DNA from: Diplonema japonicum
Taxonomy: Eukaryota > Protista > Euglenozoa: Diplonemea
Direction of reading: 5' to 3'
Length of the DNA: 64,000 nt
Assembly: GCA_964019335.1 (NCBI GenBank)
Contig: OZ025659.1
Span: 757,063 to 821,062 of the forward strand
Under the pieces are notes generated by a model. The model was not told the DNA's origin, did no database searches, and saw nothing but the letters and a program-made list of their open reading frames with translations. Shown here piece by piece: positions 10,747 to 22,600 of the stretch. The position numbers were made by a program, and so were the translations under genes. Within the stretch, counting starts at the first letter, position 1; each line of letters opens with the position of its first letter.

Positions 10747-13677
10747 ATGGAAGAGTATCTTGCTATACGTGACCGAGAATGGGGCCAGCAGATCACGCAA
10801 CACGAAATAGACCAGAAGGCAGAGAAAAGAAAAGTACGGGAAAGCGTGCAGCTAAAATCTAAGGACAAGACTATGACGAAGCAGATAGCAGGGGCTATTC
10901 TGTTGGGTGTGATCAGGACTCGTGTATTCAACATTCAGCAAGTGGAGGACCTGAAGAAACAACAACGGCAACCTCGACAGAGTCCCACCTCCCCGCAACG
11001 CACCTGGAAGCCGCCGAGCACCATACACCGCACACCATCTCCCACGTTAGTCACACCAACACCCCCAGACCTCAACAGCATTCAAGGCGCCTCGTTCATT
11101 CCCACTCCACCGAAGCCAAGGGCGAAGCCCCCCAAAAAGAAAAAAACTGAAAAGACAAAAAGTGCGACACCACAAATGCCGAGTAAACGGAAAGCCCCGC
11201 CGACGCTGCCACGGTCTTTGGAGCCGTGCAGTGACCTCGCCTTGCGGGAAGCGCTCGAGGATGCGTTCACCGAGAGGGAGCAGGGCATGGTGGATAATTC
11301 CTTTAAAAGGTCGTGCGGGGGTCTGCTCGTGCAGCGCCCCGTGAGAAACAGCAGAGTGATGCTGCGAAAGAGAGGAGTGTCGTTCAACCCCAAGGTGGTC
11401 CACAGCATGTTTACCATGACGCGGAAGGGGTCTTTGGTGCCGGATGACATGATGGACACGCTGGCTAAAGTCATTGTGAAAGATGGTCTGGGCTTGGCAG
11501 AGCTGTACTTGAGCCTGCAACAAGTAAGGGCAACTACCATGACTTGTGTTGATAATAGGGAGGCTACAAAGGCTCTGAAGTACGCGCTGAACTGGAGGGC
11601 TGAGGAGCAGAAGCGGTGTGGAGAGGACTTCTACAACACAGTGCGGTATAAGTGCTTGCTGTCATTCTCGTCGAATGTCATCATGCAACTGTTCTGCTGG
11701 GTAAGCAGAGCACGTGCTGCCACTGCAAAAAGGCGAAAGCTTCTAAGCTTGATGAATGCCAGGACGCTGTGCAAGTCTTTTAACTTCTGGGCGCGTTCGG
11801 TACGTGCAATGGGGCATTACTGTCATCAGTTGCTGAGGAGATGCTTCGTGGCGTGGCGTTCGCCCTTGAACCTGAACCTGAACCTGTCCCTTTCTCAGAC
11901 CATGTCCCTTCACGTGCCTGCCCGGCTCAGTGTGTCTCCACGTTTTTCAGTTGTTGCAATGAGGAACAAAAAGTCGAAAGCAGTGGTGAACAGGCTCGAT
12001 GTCGTAACTGCTCCATTTCATGCTTGGGCAACCACTGCAAAGATGAGGGCAACTAACCTCGAGAGCCTGATGAAACAGTTCCAAAAGAGGTCCTGCTTCT
12101 CCTTTGCCGATAGGAGCGTCGTGTGGTGTTGTTTTATTGCTATGAGGGACACCGTGCGGTACTCGACAAAGACGCTGTCACAACAGGTGGCAGTGGTGCG
12201 CAACAAAGGCTTGCTGCGGAGGTCGATGCGGGCCATGCGGACAACGTATATGGTGTGCATCGCGAACCAGCAGCATCAAAAGAAAATAGTACATAGTGCC
12301 TTGCAGCTGTGGAGGTATGAACTGTATCAGCTGAAAGTAGGAAGGATCTTGGCCCACACTTGCGCGGAGTCCGTATCGTTGCTAAAAAGGAATCACGCAT
12401 GGGACACATGGCGCACAAAGTACCTACGATATGTGGCACTCAGAACGCAAGGTGCGGTGAAGCAAACGCAGAAGGAAGGGATGCTGATGCCTTACGTTCT
12501 GATACTGTTGAATGACAACAGGAAACACGCAGTCATGTGTTGGAAGAACTGGCGCTTTTTTGTCACCAAAAGGAAACGGACGGCAAGCTACTTCAAAGAA
12601 GCTCAGATGCAGATGGACAGATTTGTGTTGCTGACCCTCTTCCAACGATGGCGTGGGAGGCCGCTCAATGTACTTGGCCCCTTGTCGGGCAGCAAGGTAC
12701 TGTACTACGTGGAAAAGGAGATGGAGAAGAACAGCGTCTTTCTTCCCCACTTATATACAATGGAATTGATGAGCCAAATGAAGACAGATGCCGTGTGCAT
12801 ACTGAACAAGGTGATGCAGTTCATGCGGCTCCAAACAATGATCCTCAAGGCACAGCAGGTGGTCCTGTCCCGAGTGCGTATTAAGAACCAAGACGCCATT
12901 GAGGAGCCCAGGACACAACGTCCCAGTGTGTCCACTCATGATACAAACGAGAGACCTTGCCCCCTGCAGACTGCTCTGCACCTCAATCGTGTGCCTTCGA
13001 CGACGAAGATAGACTTGCTCATATTGCAAAATTGTGAAAGAGTGAAGAAGAAAAACCACGTTGTGAAGGAGCTTTTGGACGCCGCGCAGAAGCTGATGAG
13101 AGAGCGGGGGGCTGTGGATCTGCGTGCACAGCTCATCGCAACAATGACTGCAAACAGGCGCAAACAAACTGCTATTGCTATGGTTAGCATAGCCTCGTTC
13201 GCAAGGACTGAAGGCAACATCATCATGGCACGAAACTGCCAGCTGGAGCCAGAGACTCGTAGCTTGCCTGCCGATGCCGCCTTCTATTTCCCATTGTGTA
13301 CCTCGGAATGTCTCGGTGATGGTAGTCGTCGCAGCTCGAAATGTGATACCATTTTACAAAGCCCCCACGTTCTTCCAGTGGAATCAAAAAGCACTCCATG
13401 GTATCCTGCGAGCGCAATGCAACAGTCATGCAAACCGATACGGCACAGTAAGTACAAGATGCAGAGATGTGCTTTGCCTGCTCCACCCACGTTAGTCGGT
13501 GTGCTCGTGCCTCCTGTTGTCTCATTCAAGCAGCATATAACATACAAGATGAAGCCCGCCGCCAAGCCTAAGAGTCCAAATCACATGGAAGTACTTGCCA
13601 GCATGAGCCCTGATAGTTCTTTTACCCCTTCTGTGGCTGCTGATTTAACAGACACGGAGCCGTCTTTGTTGCTTTAA
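10747..13677 (+). CDS. Hypothetical protein with Trp-periodic basic helical repeats (Sfi1-like pattern)
   Basis: 976-aa ORF; recurrent F/L-xx-W-R/K motifs. Confidence 0.6.
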   Translation: MEEYLAIRDREWGQQITQHEIDQKAEKRKVRESVQLKSKDKTMTKQIAGAILLGVIRTRVFNIQQVEDLKKQQRQPRQSPTSPQRTWKPPSTIHRTPSPTLVTPTPPDLNSIQGASFIPTPPKPRAKPPKKKKTEKTKSATPQMPSKRKAPPTLPRSLEPCSDLALREALEDAFTEREQGMVDNSFKRSCGGLLVQRPVRNSRVMLRKRGVSFNPKVVHSMFTMTRKGSLVPDDMMDTLAKVIVKDGLGLAELYLSLQQVRATTMTCVDNREATKALKYALNWRAEEQKRCGEDFYNTVRYKCLLSFSSNVIMQLFCWVSRARAATAKRRKLLSLMNARTLCKSFNFWARSVRAMGHYCHQLLRRCFVAWRSPLNLNLNLSLSQTMSLHVPARLSVSPRFSVVAMRNKKSKAVVNRLDVVTAPFHAWATTAKMRATNLESLMKQFQKRSCFSFADRSVVWCCFIAMRDTVRYSTKTLSQQVAVVRNKGLLRRSMRAMRTTYMVCIANQQHQKKIVHSALQLWRYELYQLKVGRILAHTCAESVSLLKRNHAWDTWRTKYLRYVALRTQGAVKQTQKEGMLMPYVLILLNDNRKHAVMCWKNWRFFVTKRKRTASYFKEAQMQMDRFVLLTLFQRWRGRPLNVLGPLSGSKVLYYVEKEMEKNSVFLPHLYTMELMSQMKTDAVCILNKVMQFMRLQTMILKAQQVVLSRVRIKNQDAIEEPRTQRPSVSTHDTNERPCPLQTALHLNRVPSTTKIDLLILQNCERVKKKNHVVKELLDAAQKLMRERGAVDLRAQLIATMTANRRKQTAIAMVSIASFARTEGNIIMARNCQLEPETRSLPADAAFYFPLCTSECLGDGSRRSSKCDTILQSPHVLPVESKSTPWYPASAMQQSCKPIRHSKYKMQRCALPAPPTLVGVLVPPVVSFKQHITYKMKPAAKPKSPNHMEVLASMSPDSSFTPSVAADLTDTEPSLLL

Positions 13678-13747
13678 AACATTTACACCGAATTCTTTTT
13701 TTAATTGTTCCTTTAATGTGACTCGGCGATATCCACAAATAGGAAAC

Positions 13748-14611
13748 ATGGACGCCTTGAAGAAGTACGCCATCGCTGGTTCGCATGAGCTCATCGACAT
13801 TGGGGCCAACATCACACGCCTGCCTGCGGCAGAGCTGACGATGCAGATGCAAAGGGCCGCCGCTGCAGGGGTGAAGCGAGTGATCATCACGGGGACAAGC
13901 GTGAAGGCGTCGCAGGCCGCTGAACGGATGGTACAACGGAACATAAGCGGGGTGCAGCTGTTGTACACAGCAGGGGTCCATCCCCACGACGCGCACACAT
14001 GGAGCGATAGGGCAAAGAGCATCATCACGCGCATGCTTATGAACAAAGACTGCGTAGCGATAGGGGAGATGGGCCTAGACTACGATAGGATGCGATCGAC
14101 GAAAGAGCAGCAGCTGCAAGTATTCAGGGAGCTGGTGAGCATTGCTACCACCACCGATAAGCCCTTGTTCATCCACGAGAGAGACCTTGATTCAAACAGG
14201 GGTGCGCCTTTGGGTTCTCACGATGACTTAGTAGGCATCCTCACTGAGTACAAGATTGACCCGTCGAGGGTGTGCATCCATTGCTTCACGGCGAGCGAGG
14301 CCGCGTTGAAGGATTACGTGTCTAGAGGGTACTACATTGGTATCACAGGATTTGTGGGGATGAAGACACGAGGTGCCGCCCTGCGTGCCGCTTGCACACA
14401 CATCCCACTCGACAGGCTGATGGTGGAGACAGACGCACCGTATATGAAGCCTGACAACATCCCTTCTGATATCGGCATCAAAGGACGCAACAACGAGCCT
14501 TGCACACTGCCCTCCGTGGTGCGCACCCTTGCTAGTTGTTACGGAGAGGAGGACAGCAAGATAGCAAATGCTGTCACAGCAAACACCAAGCGATTCTTTA
14601 ATTTGGCTTGA
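13748..14611 (+). CDS. tatD: TatD-family nuclease
   Basis: DIGAN, TAGVHPH, AIGEMGLDY, IHER, IHCF, ETDAPY and RNNEP motifs. Confidence 0.93.
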   Translation: MDALKKYAIAGSHELIDIGANITRLPAAELTMQMQRAAAAGVKRVIITGTSVKASQAAERMVQRNISGVQLLYTAGVHPHDAHTWSDRAKSIITRMLMNKDCVAIGEMGLDYDRMRSTKEQQLQVFRELVSIATTTDKPLFIHERDLDSNRGAPLGSHDDLVGILTEYKIDPSRVCIHCFTASEAALKDYVSRGYYIGITGFVGMKTRGAALRAACTHIPLDRLMVETDAPYMKPDNIPSDIGIKGRNNEPCTLPSVVRTLASCYGEEDSKIANAVTANTKRFFNLA

Positions 14612-14779
14612 TTGCTGCGTGAAAGAAAAAAGGGGAGAATGAGGGGGGGGGGATGAAGCAAGGTACTATACTAACCCAACCTGTGCCTTGCATTGTATTT
14701 CGTAAAAGTAAATAAACGTAATTAGCTTTTTTTTTTTTTTTTTTAGTTCACTTGTACCACCGCATTGAAAGCGTTACAC

Positions 14780-15034
14780 ATGCCTGCGATAGCTACTCCC
14801 GATCAATGGAACGGAGACATGTCGTTTTCAGGACCCAGAGTAGGTGAGCTGCAGAATGCTACTGACAGGTCGTGTTTGGCAGCGGGCGCAGCAGACAAAG
14901 AGGTTTCAGGAGTGAGCTTTACACCAAGATTTCCAGGAGCGAATAGGGGCAGGTGTTTGATGCACGGGAAGAGGGACACCGTTGTTGAGAGCACGAAGTG
15001 GAAGATGGGCACCAAATGCTGGCAATTCAAGTAG
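14780..15034 (+). CDS. Small hypothetical protein (84 aa)
   Basis: ATG-initiated ORF filling the intergenic gap on the cluster strand. Confidence 0.5.
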   Translation: MPAIATPDQWNGDMSFSGPRVGELQNATDRSCLAAGAADKEVSGVSFTPRFPGANRGRCLMHGKRDTVVESTKWKMGTKCWQFK

Positions 15035-15105
15035 GCACTTAGGGCATTTTTTTTCCGCACTCGGTTTTTCTTTCCAGCCCGCATTACCCTTCTACAGGAA
15101 GTATT

Positions 15106-16028
15106 ATGGGCATCGAGGTGAAGAAGAAGCCGATGGCGGTTGATAACCTTCTGGTTGGAGCTGTGGCTGATTTGATAAAAATCACAACGTTGGGGCAGCC
15201 TTTCAAGGTTCTCAAAACGCACATGGGCGTCGAGAGGCGGGATGGACTGATGAAGAGTATGCAGATAGCCTACGGCCGGGGGGGCATCAGGGGCTTCTAC
15301 CAGGGCCTACTTCCCTGGGGCTGGGTGGAGTGCTCTACGAAAGGGGCTGTGTTACAAGTGACATCAAGCGAGGTGGAGTATATTCTGTTGTCAAACAAGC
15401 TGAACCCAGGCACTAGCGGCATGATCGCAGGCATGGCAGGAGGCATAGCCCAGTCGTACACCACAATGGGCATCACAACATTCATGACGACAGTTGAAGT
15501 GACGCGAGCGAGGGGTGGCGGCAGTGCGTCCACCATGGCAGTGGCCAGGGATGTGGTGAAGCGAGATGGGATACGAGGGATGTACAGGGGGGTGCATGCT
15601 CTGGCAATACGGCAGATGACAAACTGGGGAAGCAGGTTCGGTATCGCTCGTGCAACAGAGTCGTTTATACAGCAAGTGAAGCAGAAGAACGGGAAAAGCG
15701 CAAAGAAAGAACCTTGGGAGAAAATAGTCGCAAGTTGCGTGGGCGGTGCCCTTGCATGCTGGAACAAGTATGGTAACTTTTGCTCAAAACACACAACAGC
15801 CCTATTGAGGTGATTCGCGTAGAGCAGCAGAAAGCAACCACTGTCGAGGCGGGGAAGTTCGTAAGTATATCATCGGCTACGAAGACCATCTTCGTGCGCG
15901 ATGGCTTCAAGGGTTTCTTTAAGGGTGTGGTCCCTCGGGTGGCCTTGAGCGTGTGGGCAACGGTGGCACAGGTGGCGGGGGGTGACCATCTGAAGGAGAT
16001 GTTCAACAACTTTAAGGAGAGCCGGTAA
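15106..16028 (+). CDS. Mitochondrial carrier, YHM2-like (citrate/oxoglutarate); intron 15768-15799
   Basis: TTLGQPFKVLKT, GFYQGLLPW and RQMTNWGSRFG motifs; splicing gives WNNPIEVIR. Confidence 0.88.
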
Positions 16029-16106
16029 CTCTTAAATCACTAGATCATAGATCATAGAATCCATTACGACTGCTAATTCTCGGCTGGCATTACAAACAAA
16101 AAGCAC

Positions 16107-16664
16107 ATGACAGTATTTACACATATGATGAACACGGTGGATGATGAGAGTACTGATGAAGAGTTCGTGCCGCCGCCTGAGGGGGAACGGCTGGCGGCGG
16201 TACTTAAAGACATGCCTGCATCAAAGCTGCATAGAAGCGAACAGGACATCAACCTTGCGGGGGTTTGGACGGTGCAGCACACACCGTCGCCGCTGGACAC
16301 GAACAGGTTCTGTGTAGAGCTCACGAATGAAGATGGTGTGTTCAAGGGCACAGCGGAGGTCAGCATGCAGCGCGACTCCCTCACCACTTTCACAGTCAAT
16401 CTTGAGGGAAAGGTTATGTGCGGTCCAGTCGTGAGCTTCACACAGACGTTCACACCAAAGGAATGCTCGCGAACAGAGCGCCCCAGAAACTGGGCAGGCA
16501 CTTTCACCGCTCTTGTCGATAGCACGCAAAACTACTTTACAGGGACCTTCACAAGCGGTTATTCTCAGGGCGCTGTGACAGCTGCACGCGTACATGAGCG
16601 TAACCCTGCAGAAACCTTAAAACAAACCGCAAAACAGTGGCCACCCCGTCCGCTTAAATCTTAG
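16107..16664 (+). CDS. Hypothetical beta-rich protein
   Basis: 185-aa ORF in the cluster, no recognised family. Confidence 0.6.
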   Translation: MTVFTHMMNTVDDESTDEEFVPPPEGERLAAVLKDMPASKLHRSEQDINLAGVWTVQHTPSPLDTNRFCVELTNEDGVFKGTAEVSMQRDSLTTFTVNLEGKVMCGPVVSFTQTFTPKECSRTERPRNWAGTFTALVDSTQNYFTGTFTSGYSQGAVTAARVHERNPAETLKQTAKQWPPRPLKS

Positions 16665-16706
16665 CATGTATATCTAATAGTTAGTATTTGCTCTTTCCTC
16701 TGCAAG

Positions 16707-17195
16707 ATGGACCGCACACAGGATGCCACTATGTACTGCGGCGGAGCTGAGTGTGATGCGCCGATAGTGTACGTTGCAGGTGGTCTGCTAGTAGTGAGCA
16801 TTATTAGCACTGCGCTGGCTGTGAGGTTGTGGAGAAAGCGCAGGGTTATTGCACAAGAGGATGAACTAGAGGATCCGATGGACCTGGGAAAGGAAGTGTC
16901 GTATGCACCGCCATGTGTCGAGCTGAGTCCCAGGAGACACAAACAGCAGGATGAATACAAGCACCGGTCACGAATGGTGACATACCCGAATTTGGTGAAG
17001 ACTCTCGCACCCCCAAGGAGGTTCAGCACCACCTTCACGAAACCCAGCCCGAAGGACAACCCGTTGGTGGTAGGACCGCCTCGCAACATGGACACCTTAC
17101 CTACTCCAACTCCAACTTCTTACAACAGTATACTCGAAATCACACCCGCCCCGACCACAGAACCGAGCGAGGTGTCACAGGACTGTGTATTTTAA
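16707..17195 (+). CDS. Hypothetical single-pass membrane protein
   Basis: N-terminal hydrophobic helix followed by RKRR; Pro/Thr-rich tail. Confidence 0.6.
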   Translation: MDRTQDATMYCGGAECDAPIVYVAGGLLVVSIISTALAVRLWRKRRVIAQEDELEDPMDLGKEVSYAPPCVELSPRRHKQQDEYKHRSRMVTYPNLVKTLAPPRRFSTTFTKPSPKDNPLVVGPPRNMDTLPTPTPTSYNSILEITPAPTTEPSEVSQDCVF

Positions 17196-17257
17196 TATGT
17201 TTAGAATAGAAACTTATGCTATGCTGCTCCTGCGATGCGTCATCTCACACAGGCAAA

Positions 17258-18271
17258 ATGGACAATATCATGACGTGGAGTGAAGAGAAGGCGAAGATGC
17301 TAGGGATCGACTACGACCCCTCGCAGTTGTGGATTGACAGGACGAAGAAGGTGAGGAGTGACATCAAAGAGAAGAAAGAGATGGTGGAGTCCTTCGAAGA
17401 CTTGGAATGTAAATTAGATAACCTGCTAGAGAAGACACGTCACAAGGTTGTGCTTCCCGTTGGGAAGCTCGCGCTGCTTGAAGGCACTATCGTTCATACC
17501 AACGATCTCACAGTATTTCTGGGTGACTCGTGGTTCGCAAAGCGGTCAGTACCGCAGTCGAAAAGAATCCTAAGCAGGCGAATTGGGATCACAAAAGAAC
17601 ACATCGAAAACCTTGAAAACGATGAGAAAGAGTGCGTGCAGCGGCTGAACCTGTTGAGTCAGTTCCAGGGCTTGGGCTTTGGCGGCGATGGGGCACGGCC
17701 TGCTGAAAAGAAAACATCGAAGAAGAAGACAGTAAGTTTTGCAGAAGATAAAGCCTCAACGACGCAGCAGAAGACGGAGAAGAAGAAGGTGAAGGTGACG
17801 TCAGACAATTTGAAAGAGACGCTTGACATGCTTGAGAAGATGGAGGATATGGGCGTGGAAGAAAACATTGAGATAGGGAGCGAGGTGGAAGAGGAAGAAG
17901 AAGTGGAAGAAATAGAAGAGGAAGAAGAAGAAGATATCTTGACTGATGCTGAGATACAAGCCAGATTAGAGGCCGCAGGGCTAGTTGAGGCACCAAAGAA
18001 AGGCATCCTGTCGAAGCTCGACTACATGTTCTCTCCTGATGCAGAGGCGCCGAAGTTTTCCGATCCTTCAAAGATATTCGAAGCATACGAGGTAAGTCCG
18101 GCACCCATAGCGGCACCTGAGCCGCGTGAGCAAAAGCCTCGACCTACAGAGCAGCCCAAGCGCGCGGCCGCTCAACCAGAGACAACCACTGTAAAAGAGA
18201 CGGTTGTGGTGCGGAACAACTCATGTATACCACCGCCACCGCCTCCTATGGGTGCAAGGAGGAAGAGATAA
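17258..18271 (+). CDS. Unconventional prefoldin RPB5 interactor (URI1/Bud27-like)
   Basis: Alpha-prefoldin core VLPVGKLALLEGTIVHTNDLTVFLGDSWFAKRS plus long acidic tail. Confidence 0.85.
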   Translation: MDNIMTWSEEKAKMLGIDYDPSQLWIDRTKKVRSDIKEKKEMVESFEDLECKLDNLLEKTRHKVVLPVGKLALLEGTIVHTNDLTVFLGDSWFAKRSVPQSKRILSRRIGITKEHIENLENDEKECVQRLNLLSQFQGLGFGGDGARPAEKKTSKKKTVSFAEDKASTTQQKTEKKKVKVTSDNLKETLDMLEKMEDMGVEENIEIGSEVEEEEEVEEIEEEEEEDILTDAEIQARLEAAGLVEAPKKGILSKLDYMFSPDAEAPKFSDPSKIFEAYEVSPAPIAAPEPREQKPRPTEQPKRAAAQPETTTVKETVVVRNNSCIPPPPPPMGARRKR

Positions 18272-18329
18272 AAATTGCACATATTTATTGCAATGAAGGT
18301 TTTGATAGCAATGACAGGTTTACACAAGT

Positions 18330-19505
18330 ATGAACGACAAACGGGGAGTATTCCAGAACATAGGATACATTGTGACGGGGAGAATAGGTGGTGAAGTGTA
18401 TGGACTGAAGGACATCAATGATGGTATGCACTATGCGGGGAAGGTGCTGCGTGATGTGGATGTGGGTAACGAGAAATACTTGGAGCTAGTTGGGAGTCCT
18501 CAGAGAAATCTTGCGGCCATCAATTGCCTTCACACACACAAGGGTTATACGTTCTTGGTCATGCCACGGTTGAAAGAGCTGGTGTTGCACCGTCCCGTTG
18601 CTGAGGAGGTAGTGTGGAGAAAGGCGTTGGAGGTATTGCGTGCGTTGCAGGCTATTCACCTATGTGGTGCATGCCATGGGGACGTGAAGCTGCCGAACAT
18701 AATGGTCAGTGATACCGGAGAGTGTGTGGTGACAGATGCGTGTCTGAGGGCAGCCGGTAGACCTTTGTTCACATGTAGGTCCTATATCGTAGAAGAGGCT
18801 TCACCTGCCACCGACTGCTGGCAGCTAGCACAGACTTTGATGCATATGTGCACAGGAGTGTCGCACGGTGAACTTTCTGATGCGTCACGTCTGAGGGAGC
18901 ACTGCCCACATCTATCGGAGGAACTTGAAACGTTCTTGGACATGATGCTGAGGGTCAAACACGTTGACCATTTCCCTGTCGACAGCTTGCTACAGTTCAC
19001 ACCAGCGTCACTGCGGTTGGAGGCTGCTTACTATTTCTCCGAGAATAGACAGCTTGAGGCACGCTTAAAGGAAAAAGAGGCTCGTCTGACTCAGAAGTCA
19101 TCTGAGCTAGCTTCTGAGAGGAAGGCACTGACACAGCAACAACTAGGCCTCGTGCAACAGCAGAAGCAGATTCTGGATCAGTGGAACAAGATGTCTCTGT
19201 GGTACAAAGACTGCTTGCTGTGGAAGGCTTCTTTGGACGACTGGAGCAATGAAGTTGAAGTCTTGCTGTCACCTGTCAATGTTGCGCTGCCGCCTGTGCC
19301 GCGTGGCGTTCCCTTTCCCCAGACCAGTTCGCCCGACCCCTTTTTGTCAGGCACCTCGTTGCCCCAAGGTCAGTCTATTCCTGTTTTTTTTGGCACTCAG
19401 TCTGAACGTACAAATACTACCAAGAAAGACCAAACTTTGTCTTCGTCTCTCTTGGATACTCCAGAGTCGGAGCAGTCTGTCTCTGGCTCTAACTTAGTAG
19501 TCTAA
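18330..19505 (+). CDS. Divergent protein kinase-like domain plus coiled coil
   Basis: YAGK, HGDVKLPN and DCWQL motifs; DFG replaced by DAC; Gly loop degenerate. Confidence 0.75.
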   Translation: MNDKRGVFQNIGYIVTGRIGGEVYGLKDINDGMHYAGKVLRDVDVGNEKYLELVGSPQRNLAAINCLHTHKGYTFLVMPRLKELVLHRPVAEEVVWRKALEVLRALQAIHLCGACHGDVKLPNIMVSDTGECVVTDACLRAAGRPLFTCRSYIVEEASPATDCWQLAQTLMHMCTGVSHGELSDASRLREHCPHLSEELETFLDMMLRVKHVDHFPVDSLLQFTPASLRLEAAYYFSENRQLEARLKEKEARLTQKSSELASERKALTQQQLGLVQQQKQILDQWNKMSLWYKDCLLWKASLDDWSNEVEVLLSPVNVALPPVPRGVPFPQTSSPDPFLSGTSLPQGQSIPVFFGTQSERTNTTKKDQTLSSSLLDTPESEQSVSGSNLVV

Positions 19506-19636
19506 TAGGTTTTCTGCCGTGCAGCACTTTGAATAGTGTGTTCTGGTGCTCTGGAGCTAGTGGCTCGCAGGTAGTTGCATTCTTGTTCTATTGATTTACG
19601 CATATTCCCTACACCTATTACAGGAATGGGCATGGC

Positions 19637-22600
19637 ATGAGTGACAGCGACAGCTACAGTGACAACTACAGTGATGACTTCGATGACACGAGCTCCGGAA
19701 CGCGGAGCGTGACAACGTCAAAAGCGCGTGTCACTGTGCTGACAGTTAGCGGCGGACATCACTTTGCCTTGCGTATCGATGACAAGGTTCGCATCTTGAG
19801 GAAGTGTCTCGAGGAGAAAGTAGGGTCTCTAGACGGGTATAAGGTGTTGTGGAACGGAACAGAGCTTAAAGACGACGAGAACACATTAAAGGAGAAAGGT
19901 ATCGGTGATCGCAGCGTCCTGTCGTTGGAGACAATAAATGACACACCTCCTATCATTCCAGGGGCCACGAGTTTGCTTTTCGTGATACTTGGTGCGGTGG
20001 TCATGAATCAAAAAAAGAGAAACGAAACACCAGAAGGCAGAAAGGTAACAAGCTTCATGCAAAGGTTGACTGCACGCCGAAAGCTGGAGATGTTGGCATT
20101 CAGAAAGGTTGTGGCGTGGGAAATGCACATGCACAGACGCACCGCACGGGTGGACGTCGGGGAACGGGTATTAACAAGCGTGGGCGTCAGTTTTAAAGAG
20201 TTGCAGGAGCTCTTCGTTCAACTTGGAAGAGGGAAATGTCCTTCAAGGGAGATGTTCACAAGACTCATGCACACGGCGACGGAGCGCATCGTTCGCTCTT
20301 TCCCAAGTTGCGTGAAAGTCACGATCGACGAGCAGAGGCTAGTGATAGTAGGCGACCTCAAAGGAGATATCGAAGCACTGGAGAGAATTCTATCTTCTAC
20401 CGGGAAGGACAACACAGTATACCTCTTCAACGGCAGCTTAACAGCTGCAAATTCTCTCGAGGTAGCTTTGCGAGTCCTCTGTTTGCATCTCCTCGCACCT
20501 AACCATGTGTTGATTACACGTTCCTGTGCTGACGATCACGGCGCCGACGCGCTGAGGTCTGCAGTGCACTACGGAAGTGACGCGGTGTGTGACATGATAC
20601 GCTGCCTCCGTGCTTTTCCTCTCATGTACATCGTGAACAGCAAGGCAGTTGTAGTGCACAGTGGTCTACCTGTCGAAAAGATTAATTTATACTCCAACTT
20701 AGAAGAACACAGCAACGCAGTGATGCAAAACGAGCCGCGTGACATGCTTGTAGGAAGCACTGTGACAGAAGCGACCCAGTGTGGCACGTGCGGTGATGTG
20801 TACGGTGCTCGTCACACACAATCGTTCTTATCAGATCACAATCTGAGTTTCATGATACGCTCGCACACAGTGAGCACCGCTGAAGGATATGATCTGCGGC
20901 ACAACCAGCTCGTGCACAGTGTGTGGTCTGCCCCTGACCATGTACCCGGTGTTGGAGGGTCCTATCTTACTGTGAGTCCTGACCTTAAAGTACGCCAAGT
21001 CCTCTTGACCAAAGGCACACCCCTCTCGTATCGTGCCATGAGAGAGCACTCGCTCAGTATCATGTCCCATGCCACGGTGGGGTGTCGGCCTGTGACCCTG
21101 ACTGCACTTCGATCGGACTGGGTTGCAGTTCTGCAGCAACAGGTCACGCGGCACATTCCCTGGAGACTTTTGTGGCGTGATGTTATTGAGGGATCTACAG
21201 TCGGAGACTTCAATGTTGTGGCGCCATCCTCTTACAATTGCCACTTGCGTATGGAAGCTACTTGGGTGCAGGATTGGGGCGCGGAGGTACACCCTTTACT
21301 CTCCACGTTGCATACTGTTGAACCATCTAAGGAAAATGGGCTGACAGTAGCTAATGACTTGATAGAAGCAGCACCACACTTGCCCACGGAAGCTATCTGC
21401 TACTACACACTTTATATGAAGCAACGTCCGAATGAGTGCGACACCGCATCTGCGGTCTTTGTGGCCCTGTGGAACTTGTACAGAAGCAACAAACTTATGT
21501 GGGACACGCTTGAGCACCTTGCGACACCCGTGGTTTCGTGTGATGAATTCGTGGCTTTCGCTGTGCAGCACTGCAAGTTACGAGGAAGGTCCATGAAAAA
21601 GAGACAACAGGTTGCCCTGTGGCAGAAGGCAGTTGGCTCACTCGTGACAACTAGGGGTGTGGAGTGGTACACAGTACAGAGCATCGTGCTTGAGATCGAC
21701 AAGGTTTTGACCGAGACACCGTGCAAGATGGCAGTCCTGTTCGGCCTTGTGTGCCGTAATGCTGAAGCGTTAGTCGCAAACATCCTGCTTGACGCCACCA
21801 CTAACAGCACGATCCGCATGGCAGGCTTCATCAAGGCGTGCATGTATGTTCTAGGAGTGGAACACCACGCGGGGTATCTCAACCTGTGGCACCTCATGGC
21901 AGCCGACAAAGATACGATACCAGCAGCAGCTCTTGTGCGTTTTTTCGATGTCACACCTGCAGTACAAACCCCTTCACTTGTGTTCCGAAGGGAATGGAAG
22001 ATCCTGCCATTACCCACCACGCTTGTGGCTGTTGGTGTATCTGCTGTGTGCCTTGTTGCTGCTTGTTCTACAACTGCTTTCGCAACAGAGTTAGATAAGC
22101 TCGCACAGAAAATGAAGGCCAGGAGTACCAGCAGTGCCAAGAGTGCGTCTGATGTGCTGCTGATACACGGTGTCCACGAGTGGCGGCCTTTGACAAGAAA
22201 GCTGTCCTTGGGGGAGTATTCCTTTGAGTGCAAAGCAGGAACGTGCATCGCGAAAAGGGTTAATAGAATTACGGAGTTCAGCAGTCTAAAACTCGTGCCT
22301 GTTTCGCAAGGGTGCACCATACGGGTTACTTGCAAGGCGACAAACAAAAGAGAGCTGTTGAGTGTGCCGTCGCACCCGACCTGCGTTGCTTCTGTATTGC
22401 GGTTGTGGACCTTCTTGGATAGCAACAAGATCCCTCATAACATTGGATTGCAGTTCGTCACACCACTAGGCGCAATAGCCTCAAATTCATCAGCTTGCGA
22501 ACCGTACAACATATCTCTGGCGTCAATGAAAAAAGCGCTGCACACATGCCTACTGTTGCTGAAGAACAGATATGGCACTCTTAAAGCAGCTTGGAAAGAA